A stretch of DNA of 57,920 bases from Cytophagales bacterium (lineage in GTDB: Bacteria > Bacteroidota > Bacteroidia > Cytophagales > UBA9547). A program made the position numbers and the translations under genes. The stretch covers positions 1-57,920 of the forward strand of contig JANYCH010000285.1 of the NCBI GenBank assembly GCA_025360395.1, given 5' to 3'. The notes below the pieces were generated by a model. It saw nothing but the letters and a program-made list of their open reading frames with translations, ran no database searches and was not told the DNA's origin. Positions 30,043 through 40,705 of the stretch are shown here, one piece after another (within the stretch, counting starts at the first letter, position 1; each line of letters begins with the position of its first letter).

Positions 30043-30672
30043 TTAAAGATTTGATGAATTAATAAAATGCTGGAAATATTGATCTTGAATTGCTTGATAT
30101 TGATTAACTGCCTTATCTGGATTTTGCCACACGGTCCCCAATACAGCAATCCCATCAAATCCGAGTTCTTTCACCTTTTCAATGTTATTTGTTTGAATGC
30201 CACCCAAGGCAATAATTGATGTTGTATAAGTTTCATTATTTAGATCAAATACAGTTTCCGAATTGTAACCAGGTTTGCTGATGCTTTCAAAAACAGGACT
30301 TAAGAAAACATAATCAAATAAGCCATCCGTTTTTTTTAGTTCTTCAATCGAATGAAAGGAAGTACTAAAGGTCAGGTTCTTTTTCTTTATCTCCTTCTTT
30401 AAATTTTGTAATTGTTTAAAATTAAGCCCTTTTCTGTTTTCTTCTTTCAAATGAAGCCCTTTAACATTGTATTTTCCGGCAAGTTCATGGTACTGGTGCA
30501 ATACAATTTTCTTTTTATTTTCAGGAGATATAGATTTTAATATAGACTCGTATTCTTGTTTACTAGAATCAGGCTTCCTTAAGTGAAATGTTTTCAGTCC
30601 TTTATAAAACAAATCCTGTATCATTTCCACTTCAGAATTAATATTGCCAGGATAGGATAGTAGGACAAGCAT
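30043..30672 (-). CDS. Second ThiE-family paralogue (ThiE/TenI-like)
   Basis: 209 aa with a TMP-synthase-like fold signature (..FHLRKP.., ..IALGGI..). I cannot separate TenI from ThiE by eye. Confidence 0.6.
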   Translation of the reverse strand: MLVLLSYPGNINSEVEMIQDLFYKGLKTFHLRKPDSSKQEYESILKSISPENKKKIVLHQYHELAGKYNVKGLHLKEENRKGLNFKQLQNLKKEIKKKNLTFSTSFHSIEELKKTDGLFDYVFLSPVFESISKPGYNSETVFDLNNETYTTSIIALGGIQTNNIEKVKELGFDGIAVLGTVWQNPDKAVNQYQAIQDQYFQHFINSSNL

Positions 30673-30731
30673 TATAATTCTAAAGTGTAAATTAATTTTA
30701 TATCAGCTTTAACAAGTTCAATTTTAATTGA

Positions 30732-32369
30732 TCAATTGCTTTTAAATAATTTAAAACAGGATGTCGATTCGGGAGTAATAATGTTAATTAAATACAAGCC
30801 TTGTACAAGGCTTTCTATGTTAAGTATTTTTTCCTCACTTAAACTTTTGTCCATAATTAGAGCACCCTGAATATTTAAAATCTGCACTTTTAAATTAGAT
30901 ATGTTGTCTGGTGCTTCAATAGAAATTGCTTTTGAAGCTGGATTTGGAAATATATTAATTCCATATTTCTCAGCATGTTTTTCTGAAATACCATCAATAA
31001 ATGATAAATCATAGGAAGCAATAAATCCTTTATTATACCCCTCGCTAGTTATAATGTGTGGTTCATCAAGTCCAATATCTTTTACACCCTTGAAAAAACC
31101 TGAGATAAAAAGTCTGTTTTTATTTATAACCCCGAAAGAAAAATCTGCACCATACTTTTTTAAATTTATTAGGTTTCCCAGAGTATCATAAAAAATAATA
31201 AAACCGCAATTTCCTAAACAGTTTAAAGGTAGATCAGTGCCTGCTTTGGTGGTAACTGTCATTCCGCCGGTTGATCCTGTAAGTGCAATTAAACCTTTTT
31301 CCTCCAAATAGCTTACTGAATAGATATTATCTTCATCAATTCCTCCAAGTTGTCTTGCCCAATTAAGGGTTCCATTTTTGTTATATCTGGTTATTAATAT
31401 GTCATTTTTTCCTTTTGAAATGAAAGTTTGAGCAGTTAAAGTAGTGTCAAGTTTAGTTTCAAGACTAAAAGTGGCTATGCTATACAAATTCCCATTATTA
31501 TCTGTAGTGTGACCTTTTATGTAGTGGAAATTTGATTTTCCATTCTGAAAATAATCATTGGGCTGCTGCAAAACAGATATTACTTTTCCAGAAGAATCGT
31601 ACTTTGCAATGAAGGAACGCATATTTACTTTGAATTTTGAGAGTAAAGGAGGTCCTCCCAAATTAAAATCAATATAATTGGTATCACAATATTCAATACA
31701 ATCATTAATGTAAATTGTATTGTCATTATCATTAAAAATTTCATAAGAACATTTTCTGCAAATGGAAGTATTTGAATATTTAAAAATGGTTTTTGACCAC
31801 ATTAAATTTCCGCTTGTATCTATTCTGGCTAACATTCTTTCAAAACCTTTATCGTAATATAAGTAAATGCTATTAAGCTGTATTAGAGATTCAGCATTTG
31901 GCATTTTGTATTTTTTTACCCACTCAAATCGCCCTAATTTCGAATATTTAACAATAAAAGTTGTGCTGTCTCCTGAAGGAGTTAGAATTGATGCATTATT
32001 TTCAGGATCAAAAATGGTTGGGTAGGTGAAATTTCCTATAAGGTAAAAAGAACCATCTTTTTTATTTAAATAAAAATTGCTGGAGTAGTTATTTGGCAAA
32101 GATTTTAAAAAGATATTATTACCTCTTATATCAAATTGGCTTAGGAAAAAGCCATAACTTTTATAGGTATTAACAATATTTCTGTTTCCCAATAAAACAT
32201 TTTTTGTGAACACTCCAGGTAAATATATTTGGTCAAACTCGTCTATTTCTGCTTTTGAAACCAAAGTTGTGCTGTCTCCCTGTAATACAACGCTCCAATT
32301 TAATTTTTGCGCTTTAACATTTAATTGAAGAAGAAAACTTAGAAAGATTACTAAAATGTATTTTATCAT
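30732..32369 (-). CDS. T9SS cargo protein with SBBP-like beta-propeller repeats and a C-terminal sorting domain
   Basis: Signal peptide MIKYILVIFLSFLLQLNVKAQ (ATG 32369), repeats of the type FI(A/V)KY(D/S)..G...W, and a type-A CTD (..INIFPNPASKAISIE...GLYLINII...FKLFKSN). Confidence 0.7.
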   Translation of the reverse strand: MIKYILVIFLSFLLQLNVKAQKLNWSVVLQGDSTTLVSKAEIDEFDQIYLPGVFTKNVLLGNRNIVNTYKSYGFFLSQFDIRGNNIFLKSLPNNYSSNFYLNKKDGSFYLIGNFTYPTIFDPENNASILTPSGDSTTFIVKYSKLGRFEWVKKYKMPNAESLIQLNSIYLYYDKGFERMLARIDTSGNLMWSKTIFKYSNTSICRKCSYEIFNDNDNTIYINDCIEYCDTNYIDFNLGGPPLLSKFKVNMRSFIAKYDSSGKVISVLQQPNDYFQNGKSNFHYIKGHTTDNNGNLYSIATFSLETKLDTTLTAQTFISKGKNDILITRYNKNGTLNWARQLGGIDEDNIYSVSYLEEKGLIALTGSTGGMTVTTKAGTDLPLNCLGNCGFIIFYDTLGNLINLKKYGADFSFGVINKNRLFISGFFKGVKDIGLDEPHIITSEGYNKGFIASYDLSFIDGISEKHAEKYGINIFPNPASKAISIEAPDNISNLKVQILNIQGALIMDKSLSEEKILNIESLVQGLYLINIITPESTSCFKLFKSN

Positions 32370-32385
32370 TATTTGTGTAGTTTGG

Positions 32386-32405
32386 CCTGGCATTTTACTG
32401 CCAGG
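32386..32405 (-). other. GC-rich hairpin between thiC and the T9SS cargo gene
   Basis: Stem cctggca/tgccagg with a 6-nt loop and no U-tract in the transcription direction. Confidence 0.4.
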
Positions 32406-32417
32406 TTGATTGTTTCA

Positions 32418-34331
<1,914 letters not shown>

Positions 34332-34367
34332 TTATTAACTCTTCACTACTAACTATTAACTAAAAAA

Positions 34368-34571
34368 TTATCCTCCCTGACTTGCCTTTATAACCAGTAT
34401 TTTATCGTCTTGCTTTAACTTGAAGTCAGCCCAGGATGATTTGGTAATAACGTTGTTATTGACTGCGACGGCTATTCCTTTTTTCTCAAACAATTGTTGC
34501 TCCCGGAGAAAAGCTTCCAGATGAAGGTTTTCAAAAACAGAAGTTTGATTCCCGTTTAAGTATATGTTCAT
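34368..34571 (-). CDS. thiS: Sulfur-carrier protein ThiS
   Basis: 67 aa, ubiquitin-like, ending in GG. First gene after the TPP riboswitch. Confidence 0.8.
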   Translation of the reverse strand: MNIYLNGNQTSVFENLHLEAFLREQQLFEKKGIAVAVNNNVITKSSWADFKLKQDDKILVIKASQGG

Positions 34572-34720
34572 TTAATTATTTTTAAAATGTCCGGTTGGAC
34601 AAAAGAGGGGAGATATATAGATGCTAAAGCATCTGCTCTGACTTTTTCCTACGGCGGTATGAGCTGCATCAGGTTCAGAGGGTATATCTCATTCCGCAAT
34701 GCGGAAACCCCTAAAGTCTA
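34572..34720 (-). promoter_or_regulatory. TPP (THI-element) riboswitch; aptamer about 34640-34718, plus expression platform
   Basis: Minus-strand RNA reads GACUUUAGGGGUUUCCGCAUUGCGGAAUGAGAUAUACCCUCUGAACCUGAUGCAGCUCAUACCGCCGUAGGAAAAAGUC. It has P1 GACUUU/AAAGUC, a UGAGA box and an ACCCUCUGAACCUGAU...CGUAGGAA core. Confidence 0.85.
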
Positions 34721-34723
34721 TTT

Positions 34724-34731
34724 CAAATATA
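34724..34731 (-). promoter_or_regulatory. Candidate -7 box (TATATTTG on the minus strand) for the thi operon
   Basis: Plus-strand caaatata, ending about 6 nt upstream of the first P1 nucleotide of the riboswitch. Confidence 0.45.
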
Positions 34732-34809
34732 GCAATTATATTATAATATTATCACTGCAGATTGCATTCTCTCTTTCAACCGATTTTATACCTGGAATTG
34801 AAATAGAGA

Positions 34810-36807
34810 TTATTTTTTCACAATCTTAAACTCCACCCTTCGGTTCATATACCTGTTTTCTTCTGAAGTATTGGGTACCAGAGGTTCGCTTTCACCATAT
34901 CCTTTTGCCTGCATTCTGTAAAATTCTACTCCTTTACTATATAAGTAGTTAAGAACTTTGGTGGCCCGTTCCTGGGAAAGTTTTTTGTTGTCTTCATCCG
35001 ATCCAATATCATCTGTGTGGCCACCTATTTCAATATAAACATCATGATTTTTGTATAATGTTTCTACCATGCGGTTCAGTTCAGGATAGGACGCAGCAGT
35101 TAGCTCTGACTTTTTGCTTTCAAAAAATAAATTATTGATCCTTACTTTCTGGCCTTGTTCTATTGGTACCAGATATAAGTCCTTTTCAACTTCTACATAC
35201 TTATCTATTTTCAATAGGTCTATGTTTTCATTTACCGACATAAAACCGGGATGGCTCGCCCTGAAACCATATAAACTACCTGGTGGTAATACAATCTTGT
35301 ATTTACCTGTAAATGCATCCGCTGTGGCAATTCCCTTGTCTTCTCCTTGCGGCAATGTTTCATAATGTACCTGACCTGAAATAGGAACTTTGGTTTTTAT
35401 ATTCAAAACCCTCCCCTGAACTAAAACTACTGGGTTTGGCTGCAATTCGATAGGAAGTTTTATTCTGAATATATCTGTAGCACCAATTGCTTTAGTTGAA
35501 GAAACGAAATACGCATATTGGCCTGAAGCCGGAATTGTAAAATAAAAATCTGAAAGTGCAGTATTAAAGGAAGGGCCCAGGTTAACCGGTTCTGTCCAGT
35601 TTTTCCAGGTATTGTCAAGCCGTTTGCTCATGTAAATATCTCCGGCACCATAGCCAGGAAAGCCTTCTGATGTAAAATAGAGCGTGGTGAGATCTGAAGC
35701 GATAAAGGGTGTATATTCATCAGAAGCAGTATTAATCCTGGGCCCTAAGTTGGATGGTTGGGACCAGTTGCCATTTTTATCCTGAAAACAAACATAAATA
35801 TCTTCACCTCCGTGAGTATCGTCCCTGGTAATGGCTATCAAAAGGGTTTTTCCATCATTTCCAAGGTAGGCAGATGTATATTTTCCTCTGTTATTGTAAT
35901 TTCTGATATTGATTTTTTCAGGAAAGGCCCATTTGGATTCCAGTTTTCTTGAAATAGAGAGGCCGTTTCCACTAGATGTGCCGTCATCGTTGTAAATATT
36001 ACCGACCAGCATAGTCTGTCCGTCTGGCGTAAGGGCGCTAGCATAGTTATTTCGTTCATTGTTTATAGGAGTTCCCAGGTTTTTCGCCTGAGTAAAATTT
36101 CCGGCAGAGTCTATTTCTGAATACCAGATATCCTGATTTTTTCCCCCATAGTTTTCAGGTGAATCGCGTGTAAAATATAAGATTTTGTTATCCGGGCTTA
36201 TAACCGGGGCCACTTCTTTATTTTCTGTATTTACATTCTTTCCCAGGTTTAGGGGTTGGGATCCTGCCATGTCTACCTTTATCAGGTTCACTTTTGGCTC
36301 AAAGACTGCCACTTCTTCACTGATGCCAATAGCATCAATCTGGGGCATTTCATCAAACTTGCTTACGTCAAAATATATTTTCAAAGATGTTGTTTCAAAT
36401 CCCTGGTCATCCAGGTTTATAGAATACATTCTGCTGGATTCTTCAACCGGATGGGCTTTTAGTTTTTTTATCAGGTGTTCTTTCCCCATTTTATCAATAA
36501 GATATATTTTAGAAACAGAGCCTGGTTTATAATTTTCAGCAACAATGACCGTTTTAGGTTTTACAGGTTTTTTAAAACCGATTTTGATATATTGGTTACT
36601 CGATTTAACAGCCGGTTCCCAGGCAGAGAAACTCTTTCCTCCTTGCGGAAATATATTGGGAGCCCCAATTACTTCGCCTGCAGAACTTTGTTTTGAACTG
36701 ATTTCAGAAGAAACTTCAATTATTTTAGAAGTCCAGAAAATGTTCTGTCCGGAGGAAATTTCCTGACTGAAAATGAAAAAAATAAGCAGATAGGTATGAA
36801 GCTTCAA
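34810..36807 (-). CDS. OmpA-family protein with TolB-like repeats and a CarboxypepD_reg-like domain
   Basis: C-terminal OmpA_C motif (..NNLFFESKKSEL...IEIGGHTDDIGSDEDNKKLSQERA...NRRVEF), central repeated ..E..P.IS.D...LYFTS.. units, a signal peptide, and a TTG start. Confidence 0.8.
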   Translation of the reverse strand: MKLHTYLLIFFIFSQEISSGQNIFWTSKIIEVSSEISSKQSSAGEVIGAPNIFPQGGKSFSAWEPAVKSSNQYIKIGFKKPVKPKTVIVAENYKPGSVSKIYLIDKMGKEHLIKKLKAHPVEESSRMYSINLDDQGFETTSLKIYFDVSKFDEMPQIDAIGISEEVAVFEPKVNLIKVDMAGSQPLNLGKNVNTENKEVAPVISPDNKILYFTRDSPENYGGKNQDIWYSEIDSAGNFTQAKNLGTPINNERNNYASALTPDGQTMLVGNIYNDDGTSSGNGLSISRKLESKWAFPEKINIRNYNNRGKYTSAYLGNDGKTLLIAITRDDTHGGEDIYVCFQDKNGNWSQPSNLGPRINTASDEYTPFIASDLTTLYFTSEGFPGYGAGDIYMSKRLDNTWKNWTEPVNLGPSFNTALSDFYFTIPASGQYAYFVSSTKAIGATDIFRIKLPIELQPNPVVLVQGRVLNIKTKVPISGQVHYETLPQGEDKGIATADAFTGKYKIVLPPGSLYGFRASHPGFMSVNENIDLLKIDKYVEVEKDLYLVPIEQGQKVRINNLFFESKKSELTAASYPELNRMVETLYKNHDVYIEIGGHTDDIGSDEDNKKLSQERATKVLNYLYSKGVEFYRMQAKGYGESEPLVPNTSEENRYMNRRVEFKIVKK

Positions 36808-36896
36808 ATATTTAATTGTTTTTACGGTGCTAAATTATCAAAATTGATCCAACAAGTGATTGACTTGCAAAAAGAACTGTTTCTGACTATTATCTT

Positions 36897-38291
36897 TTGA
36901 GATTTTTATTTCCTGTATTGATTATTCTTTCTTTGTTCCGGCCTTGTTCCGGGCAAAGCGGAGATTTCATTATTCTGAACAAAGTTTTTATAAGTGGCAA
37001 CAAACGAACAGTAGACAGGATTATCCTGCGTGAACTTGATTTGCATAAAGGAGATACCATCTATAAGGTAAATGCCGATACGATTCTGAAGGTAAACCAT
37101 AACCGGATATACAATACAAGGCTTTTTAATGAAGTAACGCTCACTTTACTTCCGGATTCTTCCCATTACAATAATCTTTTGATAGAAATAAAGGAACGCT
37201 GGTACATCTTCCCAATCCCCATATTTGAACTGGCAGACCGAAGTTTTAATGAATGGTGGTACAATCAGAACCGGAGCCTGAAAAGGATCAATTATGGGAT
37301 CAGGTTCACACACAAAAATTTCAGGGGAAGAAAAGAAGAGTTAAGCCTGACCCTGCAAAGTGGCTTTACACAAAAGCTGGAAGTAGGGTATAACATTCCT
37401 TATATCAACAAGAAACAAACCTGGGGTACCAACCTCGATTTTAGTTATGACCAAAACAAACAAACATCCTTTAAAACCGAAAAAAACAGGCAGATATTCA
37501 TACGCAATGACAATGTGGTAATGCGTGAGCGATATAAGGCAGGCATCAGTTTTGACTACAGGAAATTCTTTTTTGGAATCCATTCTTTCGACTTGCATTA
37601 CAATTATGCGTCTGTTAGTGATTCTATTGCCATCCTAAATCCGGATTATTTTGGTGATGGCAAAAGAAACCAGCAGTTTCTTCAGCTGGGTTATTATTTC
37701 ACGTTTGATAAAAGGGATATTCGGGCCTATGCCCATAAAGGCTTTTATTTCAAATTTTCTTATGAACAAAAAGGCTTCACACCAATTGATGATATTAGAA
37801 TTGCTTCTTTTGACCTGACCTATGGAAAGTATCTTTCCTTAGGACGGAATTTTTATCTGGCTTCACTTTCAAAAGGGAAAATATACCTGGCAGACCGTAT
37901 CCCATATTACAATCGCCGTGCATTTGGCTACGATCAGGATTATGTTCGAGGATATGATTTATATGTAATTGATGGTGAACGTTTTCTGCTTCAAAGGCTT
38001 ACATTGAGAAAGAAGCTTCTTCAAACCAACCTGCATATAGAATCTCTTTTACCCATAAAGCAATTTAGCAATATACCTCTTGCTGTTTACATAAATACTT
38101 ACTACGATTTGGGTTATAGCTACTTACAAAACCCTAGTGCGACACGCGATTTTCTCTCCAATGAATTATTGCGTGGCGGTGGAGTCGGGCTTGATGTGGT
38201 GACTTATTATGATTCTGTCATCAGGTTTGAATATTCAATCAACAAAATGCTGGAAAACCGGGTATATCTTGCTTTTACCAAGGATATATAA
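36897..38291 (+). CDS. BamA/TamA-family outer-membrane protein (single POTRA plus beta-barrel)
   Basis: Signal peptide, POTRA-like ILNKVFISGNKRTVDRIILRELDLHKGD, a long beta-barrel region and a TTG start. Confidence 0.65.
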   Translation: MRFLFPVLIILSLFRPCSGQSGDFIILNKVFISGNKRTVDRIILRELDLHKGDTIYKVNADTILKVNHNRIYNTRLFNEVTLTLLPDSSHYNNLLIEIKERWYIFPIPIFELADRSFNEWWYNQNRSLKRINYGIRFTHKNFRGRKEELSLTLQSGFTQKLEVGYNIPYINKKQTWGTNLDFSYDQNKQTSFKTEKNRQIFIRNDNVVMRERYKAGISFDYRKFFFGIHSFDLHYNYASVSDSIAILNPDYFGDGKRNQQFLQLGYYFTFDKRDIRAYAHKGFYFKFSYEQKGFTPIDDIRIASFDLTYGKYLSLGRNFYLASLSKGKIYLADRIPYYNRRAFGYDQDYVRGYDLYVIDGERFLLQRLTLRKKLLQTNLHIESLLPIKQFSNIPLAVYINTYYDLGYSYLQNPSATRDFLSNELLRGGGVGLDVVTYYDSVIRFEYSINKMLENRVYLAFTKDI

Positions 38292-38348
38292 GTCTCAAAC
38301 TTCCAGAATGCCTCACCAAAAAAATAGTAAATTTCAATAGGACCTGTT

Positions 38349-38356
38349 TATCTTTG
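38349..38356 (+). promoter_or_regulatory. Candidate -7 box TATCTTTG
   Basis: Matches TAnnTTTG, 17 nt upstream of ATG 38373. Confidence 0.35.
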
Positions 38357-38372
38357 CATCTCAAGATATTGT

Positions 38373-39251
38373 ATGTTGAGGTTGCCTAAAAAGCAGTTTT
38401 TCTTTCTATTTTTTATTATTTCCCTTTCTTTCCAGTCTATTGGTCAAAGACCGGTGCTTACTTTCCTTTCAGATTCCGTCTTAGTGGGTGAACCAACCAA
38501 GGTCATTTTCTATTTTAAACACGATTCAGCTCAGGAAATAGTTTTCCCTGATTCAAATTCAAATTACTCGCCTTTCGAATTTATTAACAAACAGGATTTT
38601 AATACCCGGACACTTAATGGAATAAGTACGGACAGTGCTGTTTATACCCTTGCATTATATGAGGTTGAAGGAACACATTCACTTTCACTACAAGTAACCC
38701 AATTTTTAAATAAGGATACTATCATAATAAGCTCACAAAGTGATAGCGTTTCGATCATTCCTTTGATAAAGGCAGTGTCAGATACTCTAAAGTTAAAATC
38801 CAATACAACTCATATTCCACTTGAAAGCGATTTTAATTACATTATTGTATTAATAGGAATAGTAGCACTTGTTGTAATTGCAATATTGATTTATGTATTT
38901 TTTGGAAGACAAATTTTAAGACAAATAAAGAAATACAGGGATAAGATTTCTCACAGGTTATTTGTCTCTTCATTTACATCTTTGATTTCAAACCTAAATT
39001 CTCCTGATAAGATGGAGGAAGCGGTTTCATTATGGAAGAAGTACATAGAAAGGATTGAAAATAAGCCATTTACTACGTATACTTCTACAGAAATTGCTTT
39101 TAATTTAAAAAACGACAATTTAAAAAAGAACCTTCAAAACATAGATGGTGCCATTTATGGAGGCCGTTCATCTTCTGTTGCCAAGACGGACTTCTCTGTA
39201 TTGCTTGAGGTTGCAAACGACCTCTACAAAAACCATCAAGTTTCAAGATAA
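38373..39251 (+). CDS. Membrane protein with a BatD-like N-terminal half and a DUF4381-like C-terminal half
   Basis: Signal peptide plus a beta-rich ectodomain, one TM helix (IIVLIGIVALVVIAILIYVFF), and a cytoplasmic tail resembling the small proteins that precede batA. Its stop abuts the next ATG. Confidence 0.4.
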   Translation: MLRLPKKQFFFLFFIISLSFQSIGQRPVLTFLSDSVLVGEPTKVIFYFKHDSAQEIVFPDSNSNYSPFEFINKQDFNTRTLNGISTDSAVYTLALYEVEGTHSLSLQVTQFLNKDTIIISSQSDSVSIIPLIKAVSDTLKLKSNTTHIPLESDFNYIIVLIGIVALVVIAILIYVFFGRQILRQIKKYRDKISHRLFVSSFTSLISNLNSPDKMEEAVSLWKKYIERIENKPFTTYTSTEIAFNLKNDNLKKNLQNIDGAIYGGRSSSVAKTDFSVLLEVANDLYKNHQVSR

Positions 39252-40304
39252 ATGAAAAGCCAGAATATCAATATTTGGGAATGGTTTTCGTTGGATTGGT
39301 TTAACCTCTCTACCTACAAAAGTTTCGTTTGGGAGAACCATGACTTGCTTTACCTGGTTCCATTTGTTCCTTTGCTGTTGTTGGTACGCTGGATTATCTA
39401 CATAAAATTCAGACAAAAATTAGAATTTGCATTTACCAGTACCCAGATAAGGTCTAATCCAATAACCTGGTTACGCTTTATACCCGACACCTTTTTCTGC
39501 CTTTTTATAGCCATGTTGCTCATTGCCCTGGCAAGGCCACAAAGATCTAATGAACAGGTTGAATTCTATTCTGAAGGAATTGACATCATGATCTGCCTCG
39601 ATATTTCAGAATCAATGCTTATAGAAGATTTTAAACCTAATAGGTTAGAATCTGCAAAAAAGGTGGCGACAAAGTTTATTGAAGGAAGGTTTCAGGACAG
39701 AATAGGTTTAGTCATTTTTGCCGGAGACGCATTTTCTCTTTGCCCACTTACCACAGATTACGAACTGTTATACTCCTATCTGAAAGATATAAAATTTGAT
39801 TTGATCCAGAAACCAGGGACGGCTATAGGAAGTGCAATTGCCGTTGGCACCAACAGGATGCTGGAATCAAGGTCAAAAACAAAAGTAATGATCGTTATAA
39901 GTGATGGTGAAAATACTGCAGGCAATATAGATCCCATAACCTCTACCAAATTAGCCCAAGCTTATGGAATTAAAATTTATACCATTGGTGTAGGACAGGA
40001 TGGCAAGGTCCCTTTTGGCAAGGACATGTTTGGAAATGTTCAATACGTAGAGAATACAATGAACGAAAGTACTTTAAGACAAATTGCAGAAACAGCTTCT
40101 GGCCGCTATTACAGGGCCGCTTCGGTTAACTCCCTTCAGGAAATTTTCTCCAGGATTGACAAATATGAAAAAGCTGAGATTAAAGAAACAAGGTTTAAAG
40201 ATACCCGTGACTTTTACTTTGTTTATCTCTACTGGGCTATTGCATTTTTCCTGTTATGGTTACTTTGTAAAAACACATTTGTTACAAACGCATTAGAAGA
40301 TTAG
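39252..40304 (+). CDS. VWA-domain membrane protein (BatA-like)
   Basis: Two N-terminal TM helices, the MIDAS motif DISESM, a VWA fold and a C-terminal TM helix. Confidence 0.8.
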   Translation: MKSQNINIWEWFSLDWFNLSTYKSFVWENHDLLYLVPFVPLLLLVRWIIYIKFRQKLEFAFTSTQIRSNPITWLRFIPDTFFCLFIAMLLIALARPQRSNEQVEFYSEGIDIMICLDISESMLIEDFKPNRLESAKKVATKFIEGRFQDRIGLVIFAGDAFSLCPLTTDYELLYSYLKDIKFDLIQKPGTAIGSAIAVGTNRMLESRSKTKVMIVISDGENTAGNIDPITSTKLAQAYGIKIYTIGVGQDGKVPFGKDMFGNVQYVENTMNESTLRQIAETASGRYYRAASVNSLQEIFSRIDKYEKAEIKETRFKDTRDFYFVYLYWAIAFFLLWLLCKNTFVTNALED

Positions 40305-40363
40305 AATCCTGTCTAAAGCACTTTGGCATTATATTTTTTCCATATGAGTAAAACTATAATGCT

Positions 40364-40519
40364 ATGAAAAATTCCGGAAATAATAATCAAAGTCTAAGCT
40401 TTTCTCATAAACAGAGGCCCGAAAACAAGGATAACCTTGACAGCAGAGAAAGGGAAGAGGAGCAAATAAATGGTTCTCACACAACCCATAACAGGAAGGA
40501 AAAAAGAAACCAGAAATAG
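40364..40519 (+). CDS. Possible 51-aa highly charged small protein
   Basis: ATG..TAG ORF (MKNSGNNNQSLSFSHKQRPENKDNLDSREREEEQINGSHTTHNRKEKRNQK), below the track cutoff and followed by a strong terminator. Coding status is uncertain. Confidence 0.3.
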   Translation: MKNSGNNNQSLSFSHKQRPENKDNLDSREREEEQINGSHTTHNRKEKRNQK

Positions 40520-40537
40520 TACAATTGTAAATTTTGA

Positions 40538-40570
40538 AAAAGACCTGCCGAAAACAGGTCTTTTCTTTTA
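40538..40570 (+). terminator. Rho-independent terminator
   Basis: 10-bp stem aaaagacctg/caggtctttt, a 7-nt loop and a T-rich tail. Confidence 0.7.
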
Positions 40571-40631
40571 TTGATTTTTTATCCAGAAATTTTTACAGTT
40601 ATAAATTACTGATTATCAGAAGATAAATTTA

Positions 40632-40660
40632 TAAAATTTCGTGGCACGCATTTTTATTAT
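40632..40660 (+). promoter_or_regulatory. Palindromic box site B: taaaattTCGTGGCACGcatttttattat
   Basis: The same CGTG-G-CACG palindrome (40640-40648), centred 62 nt upstream of ATG 40706. Confidence 0.4.
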
Positions 40661-40705
40661 TCTTTATATAAAAAAAGATTAACAGCACAATTAAAATATA
40701 CGATT

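Noticed and set aside
34587-34829. 80-aa + strand ORF upstream of thiS
   Set aside because: It is antisense to the TPP riboswitch and promoter, and the riboswitch explains the conservation-like structure here.
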